Origin: Vicugna vicugna
Taxonomy: Eukaryota
Assembly (NCBI GenBank): GCA_013265495.1
Contig: MU058636.1
Location: forward strand, 1,364,001 to 1,428,000
DNA: 64,000 nt
Direction: 5' to 3'
Below, piece after piece: positions 43,045 through 55,733 of this stretch. Position numbers and translations under genes: made by a program. The notes below the pieces were generated by a model. The model saw only the letters and a list, made by a program, of their open reading frames with translations. It made no database searches and was not told the origin of the DNA. The stretch's first letter is position 1. The number at the start of each line of letters is the position of its first letter.

Positions 43045-44391
43045 AAATTTATATGGAACCATCAAAAACCTAGAATTGCTAAAGCATTACTGAAGAGAAA
43101 GAAAGAGGCTGGAGGAATAACTCTCCCAGACTTCAGACAATACTATAGAGCTACAGTCATCAAGACAGCATGGTATTGGTACCAAAACAGACATATGGAC
43201 CAATGGAACAGAATAGAGAGCCCAGAAATGAACCCACAAACCTTTGGTCAACTAATCTTCGACAAAGGAGGCAAGAATATACAATGGAATAAAGACAGTC
43301 TCTTCAGCAAATGGTGTTGGGAAAACTGGACAGCAGCATGTAAAACAATGAAGCTAGAACACACCCTTACACCATATACAAAAATCAACTCAAAATGGAT
43401 TAAAGACTTAAACATAAGACAAGATACAATAAACCTCCTAGAGGAAAACATAGGCAAAACATTATCNNNNNNNNNNNNNNNNNNNNNNNNNNNNNNNNNN
43501 NNNNNNNNNNNNNNNNNNNNNNNNNNNNNNNNNNNNNNNNNNNNNNNNNNNNNNNNNNNNNNNNNNNNNNNNNNNNNNNNNNNNNNNNNNNNNNNNNNNN
43601 NNNNNNNNNNNNNNNNNNNNNNNNNNNNNNNNNNNNNNNNNNNNNNNNNNNNNNNNNNNNNNNNNNNNNNNNNNNNNNNNNNNNNNNNNNNNNNNNNNNN
43701 NNNNNNNNNNNNNNNNNNNNNNNNNNNNNNNNNNNNNNNNNNNNNNNNNNNNNNNNNNNNNNNNNNNNNNNNNNNNNNNNNNNNNNNNNNNNNNNNNNNN
43801 NNNNNNNNNNNNNNNNNNNNNNNNNNNNNNNNNNNNNNNNNNNNNNNNNNNNNNNNNNNNNNNNNNNNNNNNNNNNNNNNNNNNNNNNNNNNNNNNNNNN
43901 NNNNNNNNNNNNNNNNNNNNNNNNNNNNNNNNNNNNNNNNNNNNNNNNNNNNNNNNNNNNNNNNNNNNNNNNNNNNNNNNNNNNNNNNNNNNNNNNNNNN
44001 NNNNNNNNNNNNNNNNNNNNNNNNNNNNNNNNNNNNNNNNNNNNNNNNNNNNNNNNNNNNNNNNNNNNNNNNNNNNNNNNNNNNNNNNNNNNNNNNNNNN
44101 NNNNNNNNNNNNNNNNNNNNNNNNNNNNNNNNNNNNNNNNNNNNNNNNNNNNNNNNNNNNNNNNNNNNNNNNNNNNNNNNNNNNNNNNNNNNNNNNNNNN
44201 NNNNNNNNNNNNNNNNNNNNNNNNNNNNNNNNNNNNNNNNNNNNNNNNNNNNNNNNNNNNNNNNNNNNNNNNNNNNNNNNNNNNNNNNNNNNNNNNNNNN
44301 NNNNNNNNNNNNNNNNNNNNNNNNNNNNNNNNNNNNNNNNNNNNNNNNNNNNNNNNNNNNNNNNNNNNNNNNNNNNNNNNNNNNNNAAAAA
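43045..44391 (+). mobile_element. Young 5'-truncated L1 spanning an assembly gap
   Basis: Stop-free ORF2 frame [16 protein letters not shown]...[12 protein letters not shown]...EENIGKTL up to the gap, polyA after the gap, and a perfect 19-bp TSD AAAGAATGCATGATAAATA at 43026-43044 and 44392-44410. Confidence 0.95.
43467..44386. other. Assembly gap (920 N)
   Basis: Run of N. Confidence 1.
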
Positions 44392-44576
44392 AAAGAATGC
44401 ATGATAAATAGAAAACTAAGAATTATCTGAGAGAAATAAGTGCCCCTCATGAGCCATTAGAATAAAAGCGGGTAGTTAAACCATATATTAAATTATATAC
44501 TAATGAGCAGATTAACAAAATAATACTAATGAGAAATTAACAAAATCTGGCTCTGTGCCATTTTCAAAGAAGAAAG

Positions 44577-45118
44577 TGTTTCAGGAGAATAGGGCCCGAG
44601 AGGATGGTCATGTCCCAGGTCTTGGGCAAGTTGCTGGGACTCACTGCCAAATGAGGGTCCTTGACTTCACGCAGGGGAGAATTCAAGAGCAGGACGTGTA
44701 AAGTGAAAATGAGTTTATCTGGAGAGACACATTCCATAGACAGAATGCGGTCTGTCTCAGAAGGGAGAGCGGCCCCCAGGTGCCAAGGTGGTTAGTTTTT
44801 ATGGGCTGGGTAATTTCATATGCTAACAAGTGAGAGGATTATTCCAACTGTCTTGGGGAAGGGGCAGGGATCTCCAGGAATGGGGCCACCACCCACCTTC
44901 TGGCCTTTTATGGTCAGTCTCGAACTGTCACGGCACCTGTGGGAGTGCCATTTAGCCGCTGGTGTGTTACAGTGAGCATGCACTGAGACTCAGGGTGCAC
45001 CGGAAGTCGAATCTCCCGCCATCTTGGGCCTGGCTGGTTCTAACCAGTATTTGTCCTTTCCTCTATGGCTGTGTCATTCGCTTAATGGTTGTGCCCTGCC
45101 TCCTTCTGTCCTGTCTCA
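44577..45118 (-). mobile_element. ERV1-class solo LTR (MER41-like)
   Basis: TG...CA termini, about 540 bp; the minus strand starts TGAGACAGGA. Flanks AAAG / AAGG resemble a 4-bp TSD. Internal TTCATATGCTAA and CGCCATCTTGG motifs. Confidence 0.7.
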
Positions 45119-45219
45119 AAGGTCAGAAGTGAGGGGAGAGAAAAAGACGTTCAGGCAAAACTGATAACAGAAAGTGGACACAGCAGGAGTTGCTTTGAGG
45201 TAGAAACACCCCAGGCCGA

Positions 45220-46040
45220 TGGCTTTGGGAGGGGAGTGCTAGGGGAGGTCTAATGAGGAAGTGATATGATTTGAGGTGGAATGACAAGGGTGAGTGGCCA
45301 TGTTCCTTTATGCAGAACATTCCAAGAGTCCTAAGGGAGGAAGAAACGTAACGTGTTTGAGGACAGAAAGGTCAGGGAGCTGCTGAAAGAACCAGAGCAG
45401 GAGGGGTCTTGGAAGATGTTTGCGTTTTATTTTTAGTGCCATGAGGATCGATTGGAGAGTTTCTAGTAGGCAAGTTACACAATGTGTCTTTCCAAAAGTC
45501 CTTCTGTGTGCAGATTGTGTTCTAGAAAGTTACTGAGAAGCAAGAGGGAAACAGGAAAGCCACTTGGTGGCCAGTACAGTTATTCAAGAGAGAAAAGAGT
45601 ATGTATGGCTTGATCCAGAGGGGTCTGGTGGACGTATGGAGACATGGGCAGGTTGGAAATATGTTTTGACAGTTGAGTCAACAGGGGTTGATTGGTTGGG
45701 TACAGAGTCCACAACAGAGAGGAATTAAGTCCAGCTCTTAGCTCAGGGCTCGAACAACTGGGTTGATATCGGTGTTACTGATTCACTGAGATGGGGAAGA
45801 TGAAGGGGCTGAAGACTGGGTAGGTGGGTAGAGGTTGCAAATCAACAGTTCTGTGTAGGTTTGAGATGACTTAAGCGATGAAAGCAGAATTATCAAGTAG
45901 GCAGCTAGATGTCTTGGTGTGAAGGTTAGTGCAGGGTGTGAACTAGAGATAAACATTTGAGAGTTGTCAGGATATGGACTGGACTGGATAAACTCACCTA
46001 AGCATTGGGTGTAGATAGAGAAAGGTCTAGGGTGGAGCCT
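45220..46040. mobile_element. L2 LINE fragment(s)
   Basis: L2-like phrases (TGCAGAACATTCCAAG, GTGTTTGAGGACAG, ACTAGAGATAAACATTTGAGAGT). Confidence 0.6.
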
Positions 46041-46048
46041 TGAGGTTA

Positions 46049-46238
46049 AGGTTACTAGATTTAGCAAAAAGAAATAGAGGATGCCAGTTAAATTTGAATT
46101 TCAGATAAACAGTAAATACTTCTTAAAGGGTAAGTATATTCCCTGCAAAATTTGGGACGTACTTATGATAAAAGATCATTTGTTGTTTATCTGAGATTCA
46201 GATTTAACTGGAAGCCCTGTAACTTATTTGGTGAGGTA
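46049..46238. mobile_element. MER53 palindromic hAT MITE
   Basis: Inverted arms CCAGTTAAATTTGAATTTCAGATAAACA (46084-46111) and TGTTTATCTGAGATTCAGATTTAACTGG (46184-46211); matches the remembered MER53 consensus. Confidence 0.85.
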
Positions 46239-46289
46239 CTCCTGTGTTTAGATGGCAAGTAGGGAAGGATGAGGAGCAAAGAGAATGTT

Positions 46290-46700
46290 CCATTCAGTGT
46301 GGCTGTGTAACCTGTTTCCATAACACAACCATTTATTATGCTCACGGGTCCTGTGGGTCAGGAGTTGGGACAGGGGATAGTGGGCATGGCCTGCCTCTGT
46401 CCGCAATGTCTGGGGCCTCAACTGAAAGACTCAAAGGCTGGGGGCTGGTTGCCTGAAGGCGCCCAGGTCTGGTGGTTGATGCTGGCTGTTGACAAACATT
46501 TTGGCTAGGACCATCTGCTGGAAACTGTACGTGTGGCTTCTCTTTGTAGCCTGAGATTCTTGCCAATGTGATGGCTGAGTTCCACGAGTGAGAGAGAAAA
46601 CAAGAGAGAGACAGACAGACAGACTTCATCACTCCAATCTCCTGATCCCAGGTGACCTGATCCATTCAGCAAGAAAGCTCCGAAGGGGAGACTCTTCCAT
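46290..46700. mobile_element. MaLR (MLT1H/J-like) LTR fragment
   Basis: TTATTATGCTCACGGGTCCTGTGGGTCAGGAGTTGGGACAGGG...TGTCTGGGGCCTCAACTG. Confidence 0.6.
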
Positions 46701-47599
46701 GCCTTGCCCTGTGTGCTGGACTGTAGGAGGGACAGGGAGAAAGTGGTCACTCTCTTGTCAGGTGTTTACAGAGCAGGCCCTGTACAGGGCACCGCGGCTG
46801 TCAGGGTGCTTAGCCGTGACCTCTGTCCTCAAAGCTCTTACAATGTGGACGGATATATGAGGTAGAAACAGACATGCTGGGAGAATCAGAGCAGGGTATC
46901 CCAGTCAAACCCAATCCCAGCTTTTTATGAGGATGCAAAAAATGCAAGCTATTTAAATAATCTAGTGGGTGGCTAAAGATCAGACAGGGTGAAACAGGAC
47001 AAGAGCAGGTGGAATCTGGGAGAGGGAGCAATTGCCATGGGTTGGATTAGCTTGGAAAGACTTGTTGCAAGACAAACAGTTTGATCTAGGAGAATTTGAA
47101 CAGAGACCACTTCCCTTAGCAAAAGTAACATCGTGGACATCACGTGTTAAACACGGAGGACTCGAGGAACCACATCAGTTCAGTTGAAATTTTAAAAGAA
47201 CTCACACCTTCAAGTGCCTCTCTTTCCATTCGACTTGGAGCAAATACTGAAAGCTCCTTACCCTATGTTTTTTTCTAGCCTCTCCTCTCTAATGAAAAAA
47301 CTCCAGGAGTGAATTTATCTTTTTGTTTTAGTCTCACTGAAGTATTTATTTAAATGATAACATAACCATTCACTTCCATTTTCCCAACAACATTGTGGTC
47401 GGTAGGATTGTGGGAGGACCCCTGTTTTCCCGGGTCACAGGTATTACACAGAAGCCTTCCTGGCGGTCTGCTTTCTTTCCCCTTCTGGAGAAGTAAGAGG
47501 AGGAGGGGGTCCTTGATATAAAAGGCTTCTCACCAAGAAGCCAGAATTTCTGAAGACTGACTCCGAATCATAGAAGCCATTGTCACACAAATGGCATTC

Positions 47600-48860
47600 A
47601 CCATTTTTCACATTTTCATTATTAAAAATTTCAGAAGTACACAATCATTGAAAGACTAGTACAGTGAATATCGATGAATTCCCTCTACCAAATTCAACCA
47701 TTGATAACTTTTTGCTATATTTGATTTACCTTTCTCCACTTTCATACATATCTTTTGGCATAGAAATTAATTAACAGACATCATGATGCTTCTTTCCTAG
47801 TATTTCAGCAATCATCTTCTAATAGTAAGAACATTGTCCTACATAACCATAAGGAAAATTTTAAAATCCCCAATATGGCCTGGTATCCAGTCCGGGTTTA
47901 ATTTCCCCTTGTCATCCCCAACGTGTCTTTCTTGGTTGTTTATTTTTTTTCAAGCGCAGACTTAACCAAGTTTCTCTCGTTATATCTGGTTATAATGGCT
48001 CTTTAGTCTATTTAAATATGGACCAGTTGGCTCACACTTTTGTGTGAGAGTGATACTTCGGGGTTTTTTTTTAGTCAATTGTAATGAGGTATAATTTAAA
48101 TATAATAAGATGGAGTCATTTCACGTGTACTGTTCATATGTTTTGACAAAAGCATAACCAACACCCAAATCAAGGTGCAGATTTTTATCACCAGGAAAAT
48201 CTCCTTTGTGCCCTTCCATTGCCCCTTTGCTCCTGGTCCCAGGCAACCATTGATCTGCTTTCCATTATCATATTGATTTTCTGAAGAGACGAGGCCAGTT
48301 TGTCTTGTAGAATGTCCCATGTGTCTGATTGTTTCCTTGTAGTGTCGTTACCTTGATGCTCTAGCTATTGAATTTCCTGTGCACTGAAGTTAGGTCTAAA
48401 GGCTTTGCTAAATGCAGGTTAAACAGATCTGGAGAAAACATGCCATCAGTGATGCTGAGTGCTGCCTGCTGCACCACGTCAGGAGGCCCACCGGGTGTGT
48501 TACTGTTAGGGACGCCAAGTCTGCTCCCGTGGTTGAGCTGTTGACCACCAGGACTCTTCTTAGTAAAAGTAAATTGTTTCTTTGAAATTAGCAAATCATC
48601 TGTGGGGTGATACCTTGGTAATGACCAAACATTCTAACTCCCCACAATGTTTGCCCTTTGGCTGTAGCACTCATTGATGCTTCTTGCCTGAATCTGTTAC
48701 TTTGTAGGGAGTTGCAAAATGACGATTTCCTAATACTGTCCCTTCTTCTCCCTCTGTTATCTGGTGTCCTTTGGTAAAGAAGACCTTTCTTTTGTGAACT
48801 TGGGACGAATTGCAGCTCCTAAAAGGGCAGAGTTAATGCTGATTTCTTTACTCTTAATTA
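47600..48860 (-). mobile_element. Old L1MC/ME 3' region
   Basis: Decayed L1 3'UTR phrases (AACATTGTCCTACATAACCAT, CCCAGGCAACCATTGATCTGCTTTC, GTTTGTCTTGTAGAATGTCCC). Confidence 0.6.
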
Positions 48861-51687
48861 CAGTTAGGGAAAATTCGAGCATCAAAAAAGAAAGAAAACA
48901 AACTGTAATTGAATGTAAAATACGGAACAAATACGGTTCTGATTTAATTTTACCTTTGGATGTGTGATAAAGCGTTAAAGACGGTTTAAGGCAGAGCGTT
49001 GAGGATTGTACTGGCAACTCTTGTCAGGCTGCCTGCTATTTAAACCTTCCCTTGACGTGTAGTTAAACCTGCTGGCTGGCATAGTCACTGCATTTCCCTC
49101 TTAAGTGATGCAGGCTGATAGAGGGGAGGGATGTGGACTTTGGAATCAAGCACATTTGGGCTGAATCCTGGCTCTGCCACTTACTTGCTGGGTGCCTTTA
49201 GGAAAACATTTGACCTCTCTGAGCCTTACTGCTTTCACCCCAACCATGAATAAAGTATCAAATGAACGAAGAAAGCACAAAATATGTGTACTGCATGATG
49301 CAAATCCAGGCAAGAGTTGACATGAACAGATGTCCGTGTGGCAGGGTGAGGGGTCACCAGCTGGTGCAGATGGGCTCTGAAAACGTCACCTGAACAGGAC
49401 ACATTCCAAAGGGAATCGTAGTTTTCCCTCAATTTTAGTGTCTGGGTGAAAAATGTGCAGTTTTTATGCTGTTACAGAGGAAATACAACCGACTTGTGTA
49501 CCACGGTCCACATAGACGATTTAATGTTGTTTTCCTCTAGAATACCAGGGTTTAACACCATTGTTTTTCCTATGTTTGGAATTGTAAGCTCATAATATAT
49601 ACATGCTCCTAAATAATGTAAAAGGCAGATACTGTTCCAAATAATTCGGGAGTGTTTTGAGTTTTAAAATACATAGCATCATCATTTTAGAGGTTCAGCA
49701 AGTGATATGATTTCTCAGAATCTGTTGTGATGCCATGGCCCGATGGGATTAAAAATCAAAAAAGCAGCAGCACCCTAAGAAGTTCTGAAAATGGAGCAAC
49801 ACTGCAAGCATCACGTACCCATTAAAGAAAGACACAAGATAGATTCGGAGTGTTATGTAGATTATACAGGTTGAGAATCATTGCAGTAAAGGAAAGATAA
49901 AGCCTCCGGAAGTCCATCAGCTAAGGAGGAGGAACAATTTCCAGCCCCTAGGAGTGATACTACTACTATGTGAACATTGCGGAAGTGAAATAATTGAAGT
50001 TTCTGTTCTCTTTTATATACAAGCATGCTTACTTATGCATGTATGTATGTATATAGTATGTGTGTATGTATGTGTGCACATGTATATTACAGAAGTGATA
50101 TGCTCATCTTGTAATAGATCCAGTGACACAGAAGCCATGAGAGAAGACATACCTTTCCCTTCCTCCCCACTCCTCACGCTGGCTCCCTAGCAGTGGGCTC
50201 CCCCCGGCTCCTTTCTGCGCATTTGGAACACTTTTCCATACACAAGTACCTCTATTCCTACAAGAGTGAGGTCTAGTTATAAAAGAATTTAACAGTTTTG
50301 ATGGCTACACTTTTAAGTGACTATTCAGTGTTCTTGGCTGTTTGGTGTAGATTATTCTCTGGCTTACTTAGCCTCTCCCTATATGGACATCCTTTTTTAG
50401 TTTTTTTTGTTTTAATTGTAAAAAAAAGTCTTCAAGCAGTAACACAACAACGCAAATAGTTAAACAAGCAAAATTATAGTGATGACTCAGAATCACGTTC
50501 AGATTTAGTGAAGAACTTAGTCATTGATGTCTTGTGAAAATCAGAAACCTTTGTTTTTTTAGATTTGGAACCATTTCTGACTTAATTAAATGCTCATGTT
50601 TTAGGGCAAAAAAAAAAAAAAAGGAGAAATACTGTTCCGGAAAATAAATATGGTTTCTACTGAAAACTACGAAGGGAACAGGAGGGTGAGCATTTCTGAG
50701 TGGGAGGAAAAGAATTAACAACAGCTCAGATCGAAGAGAAAGGAACCAGGATGGGCACAGGGGCGAGCGGACACCCCCTCACTACGTTTCTGGTTCCTTC
50801 CTTATTTTATTTTGAGAGGAGGCTGGTTACTCATGTGTACATCACTTAGGGTGACTAAGCTGAAGGCAGCGTGGAAGGCAACAATTGTCTCTCCTCTGTC
50901 ACTGGCATTATGAGCAAGTGATGCTGAAAGGGGAATCCAATCAGGAGACACAATTTCGTGAAATCGGCACTGCTATTGTGGCAAGTGCCGCCTGCTTCTG
51001 AGAACTCCCAGCTGGTGGTGAACAAGCAGGTAGATTTTCTAGGATGGAATGCAATTGTATCAGCCTTCAATTAGATGTTCGTTCCATCTGAAATATAAAT
51101 CACACCGTGCCCTGGCACTGCACCGGCCAGCTGGTGGAAGGCACTGATTGGTTTAGAGCCTGATGAAAACGCTGAGTTACCCTGGAGGTAACAGCAGATG
51201 CTGCGGTTCAGGAGGCCCTGAGAGATGCTCCCTGATGCCGGAGACTGGCACTTTGCCTGACCCTAGCCAGTCAGAGTTGAGACTATAGTTTACCGGGCTT
51301 ACTATGCTGGATGTGCTTGTTTAGAAATGTAGCTGCTTGGGATTTAGTCATGGATTTTTTTCCCCTGAGAAACAGATGAGAGAAAAGGAAACAGTCTGCA
51401 TTCCTAGTCAGGCAGTTCGATTTCCCCAGAATTCTTCTCTTCTGGTAAATAATTGTATCATGACATTTGGGGAGATGTGTCTAGGAATACACCCAACAAA
51501 CATCAAATGCTAATCCTCAGGGAGCCAGGAGTTCCCGAGGCTTCTGCCTGGGCGCTGCCCTCCGTCCAGAGCTACTCACGCAGAAGGCCGTGGCCAAAGG
51601 CTGCAGAGAAGCTCAGCTAGAAAAATGTGGATGTGAGCATTAAGAGGTCATGCCAAGCCCCCATTTCAGGCAAGTTCTAAGCTTCAT

Positions 51688-51718
51688 CTTTTTTGGAGGG
51701 GGGAGGTAATTAGGTATG

Positions 51719-51749
<31 letters not shown>

Positions 51750-51803
51750 TTTTTAGAGGAGGTGCTAGGGATGGAACCCAGGACCTCATGCATGCTGAGC
51801 ACA
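51688..51803 (-). mobile_element. tRNA-derived SINE (Vic-1-like), truncated, containing a (TATG)n microsatellite at 51714-51747
   Basis: Homologous to the copy at 22362 (GGGGGAGGTAATTAGG...GAACCCAGGACCTCATGCATGCTGAGC). Confidence 0.75.
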
Positions 51804-53039
51804 GTTTCCTGTGGGGGTGGGGAGGTGCCCCATCTGCTGAAGCCCACAGGCCAGCTTTTGGAGGTCACTGAACCTCTGCTTTCATTCTTGGACTCTGAAG
51901 GAGCTCTGAGGTCACACTGGATAGTTACTGGCTGCAAATGTCTCAGAAAATCGGGTAAATGGGGGTCAGTTTAAGGGCTTCTCATGATTTCTGTCTTGAG
52001 AACTTCCCCTCATTTCAAAGTATTTAAGGCCATCTGATTGGCCCTGGATTTTCTAGGGTGACCTTTGGATTGGGAGGGATCTCAGTCCCCAAAATCGTAA
52101 AGGTCATTCAGTGCTCACTCTGGTTTTCAATTCTGAGACTCCCTCCCCGAAACACACACACACACACACACACACCACCTCCACACTCTCAAATTTTCAT
52201 AGTCTTCCCAATACCAGTGCAGAGCCTTGACTTCTGGTGAGCACCAGAGCTCTCACCATTGTCTGCAGGGCCACTCCTTGGCCATAAGCAACAGAGGACA
52301 CCATCACTATTGGTGTCCTGGCTGGAGGAGGGAAGTCCATCTTGAAGACCCTTGTACTGATCGTTAAGAATGTTGTGTGTCTTTAAAATACTGTGAATTT
52401 TCTTTGGTGCCCAGTTCCTACCATATTTATTTAACATTACATTAGGATACAATAACATAGAGGAAAGAGGATAACCTGGGTTTGAATCCTTGCTCTGCCA
52501 TTTGCAAGCTAGCTAACCTTGGACATGTAACCTAATTTCCCTGGAGCCTCATCTTTTTAATCTGTAAAATGGGAATAGTATCTTCTCAAAGGGTTATGGT
52601 GAAGGTAAGCTAGCATGTGTAGCGCACCTGGTTTTTGTCTGGAGTGTGGCGGGTGCTTAGTGAATGGTGGTGTGGACACTGTGGACTCACAGTGTTCGGT
52701 GAGTGTCTCCATCAGGCTCCACTTCTCCCAATGGGATGCACTGCATGCGTTCTTAACTTGCCATTGGATGGGTGTGGGGGTTCCCCGGCTTGTCCAGGAG
52801 CCAAGCCAACACTCCTCTGAATATCTGACACCTGAGCTCACACTGCCTAGCACCTGAGGCACCAAAATTTTTTATCCCCTCTTGAGAAAGGCTGCTGTCA
52901 TGTTCTCTCCCATGCTGTTGGAACTCAAGCCTTCTGCTGGAGCCCAGCCCTATGGGTGCATCTGTCCTTGGGCCCCTTGCCCATCAGCCTTTCTTCCAAG
53001 GGGGCAGAGAGAACAGACCCATGCAGTCTGACCCCTTCT

Positions 53040-53118
53040 TCTGCCTGTGACCCCAGCATGCCCCAGCTCTCTGCCTGTGACCCCAGCACACCCCAGCTCT
53101 CTGCCTGTGACCCCAGCT
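53040..53118. repeat. 30-bp minisatellite, about 2.6 copies
   Basis: CTGCCTGTGACCCCAGCA(TG/CA)CCCCAGCTCT repeated at 53041, 53071 and partially at 53101. Confidence 0.95.
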
Positions 53119-55094
53119 GAGGGGTCACCGGGCTTGCTAGGTTTTGCCCAGGGCAGGTGGGGTGGACTATGAGTAGTTGTAGCATTATTAGTAATAGTAG
53201 TGGCATCTGATTACTTCTGAGAATATGTAAACTGTAATTGCATCTCTTCATGTGGAATTGATGTACGCCTTTAAAGGTGACCTGAAAGTGAATTTTGGAG
53301 TGTCACACCTTATTTTTCCATTAACTTTCATTATTAAATAGGAATATGTTCCTTTAGGGGGAAAAAAAGGATTTAAATAAAATTCCATGAAGAAATATAT
53401 CAAATACACAAATTACTAAAGTATATGTATAAAATCCTAATAAGGATACTGAAAATCAGTCAAAAACATAAACAAAAGCTTTTGAGTGTTACTTTTGTGT
53501 TTAACACAATTGCCTTCCTGCAAAAGGAGCGGCAGTGACAGCCCCACTGCTGAGAACATTCTGCACAGGAGGTCAGCTCTCATGAACTCTTCTAAAACCA
53601 TGTAGCAGCATGAAGTGCTGTTATGCCCCTTCTGCTGCTCACATCCTGTGTCCTAGAACCTTGAGAATCTAATCTGTGACATAATACTTTTGGTTTTCTT
53701 AAAGCTTTGGGTTTGATTGACTCTGAAAGGAGAAACAAGACTAAAGATGTAATCAGGAACACTATCAGTCAGCATAGGCTAGGTTATGCTGGGACAACAA
53801 AGATCTCCAACAAAAGCTTAACTCTTGCTCTTACCATGCGTCCACGTACATGGAACCAGCTTCCTAATCTGTGAAGGGAAAAGAATCCTTTGCCAAACAA
53901 ATAAAATCTGAGGAAGGGCATCACCAAAAAGACCCTCAATAAAGAAAATTCAGAAGGATTTACTTCATCTTCAAAATGTGTCACTCCAATCTCCATCATT
54001 ACACTGCCTTCTCCTTGATTACAGCTCCCTCTTATTTTGTGGACCAAAACAAAGCTGGCATAGCTAGAGCAGACAAAATAGACATCAGGGCAAAAATCAT
54101 TCCTAGAGATGAAGAGGTAGCCTGATTATTTTACTATCAAAATTGGTGAAATACTTAATGTACCAGGAAGACATCATAATTTGTAACATGTATGCCCATC
54201 ATAGAGCTTGTCTATGACCACTAGGAACACCTGAACTTAAACATTGGGTGCAGCCAGGCATTTTCATTTAAAAGTCAAGAACGTACAACCTGGAGGGAGT
54301 GAGCCCCTTGTGCATGGTGGGCTTCGTCAGGCTCGGCTGAGTTGAAGACGCTGTCAGTAAACAGCATTTCCAGGCCACTGCTCTGCGTGGAGGGCCCTTC
54401 CCTGCCTTGTCCAAATGGCTAATGCCTCGTGCAAGCCTTGCTCCCTCGTCAGAGCTTCTGGGCTTCTGTGGCGGGGTGGGGTGGGGGGCTGGACCTCATA
54501 GCCCTGCCTCTTGTCCCTGGACTTAACCTTCTGTGGTCACCTGTGTAGGTGAATTCACTGAGGCCACTGGCTATTTTCTTGTAGGTCCCCTTTTTCCCTG
54601 ACTTGCCCGAGGAGCCCTGTGTCACAGTGCATGGACCTGGGTGACAGTGCGTGAGATGAGTCCCCGGGCCAGGAGAGGGTTGTCATGCCGGGCTGAGCCT
54701 CACAAGTGAAGCCTCTCCTTCAGGCGTAGGCCTATATCAGGTCGGCCCCTTGGGGTTGAGTCTAGGGTGTGGGTGCCCCAGCCCATCTGGAGGATGCGTC
54801 TTCTCGCTTCCTTCCTCTCCTCCATCCTCCTGCCAGGTGGTCTGTCCCCGTCCCCACTCCGAAGGAGGGGATGCTGTCACCAAGAACCATTTCCACACCC
54901 TTTCAGTGGCCTTCTGTGCCCCGGCAGGTGGTAGGTACCAGCACAAGAGCCCAAGCAAGACCAGAGGGTGCAAGGACCCCATCTCCTGCAGACAGGCCCT
55001 CTGGGGTTCAGCCCTGTCTCCTGGCCAGTGGGAGGTCGGGTTCCCTGTTGCTGCTGGTTCTGGTCACCTCATTGTTCTGTGCTTGGTTTCTTTC

Positions 55095-55733
55095 CTTTTT
55101 ATTGAAGTATAGTTGGTTTACAATGTTGTGTTAAATTCTCATGTACAGCATAGTGATTCATTTATACACACACATATATATTCCTTTTCATATTCTTTTT
55201 CATCATGTTCCTACAAGATATTGAATATAGCTCCCTGTGCTATACAGTATGAACTTGTTGTATGTCTATTTTATATATAATAGCATCTGCAAATCTCAAA
55301 CTCCCTATTATCCCTCCCTACCCCTCTTCCCGACTGGTAACCCTAAGTTTGTTTTCTATGTCTGTCTCTGTTTTGTAAATTCACATGTCCCCTCTTTTTT
55401 TTTTTAAGATTCTACATATAAGTGATGTCATGTGTTATTTTTGTTTCTCTTTCTGACTGGCTTCACTTAGTATGACAATCTCCAAGTCCACCCATGTTGC
55501 TGCAAATGGTATTACTTTAATCTTTTTATGGCTGAGTAGTATTCCATTGTATAAATATACCACAACTTCTTTATCCAGTCATCTGTTGATGGACATTTAG
55601 GTTGTTTCCATGTCTTGGTTATTGTAAATAATGCTGCTATGAACACTGGGGTGCATGTATCTTTTTGAATTAGAGTTTCCTCTAGATTTCATGTCCAGAA
55701 GTGGGATTGGTAGATCTATTTTCAATTTCTTAG
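55095..55733 (-). mobile_element. L1 3' portion (3'UTR + ORF2 end)
   Basis: Colinear with the L1 at 25625-26300; ends abruptly at ...TTCAATTTCTTAG. Confidence 0.9.

Noticed and set aside
43195..44450. 411-aa and 400-aa ORFs
   Set aside because: Artefacts of translating through the N gap; the real part is L1 ORF2.
53040..53118. Direct repeats superficially CRISPR-like
   Set aside because: Eukaryotic DNA; tandem units lack unique spacers and there are no cas genes.
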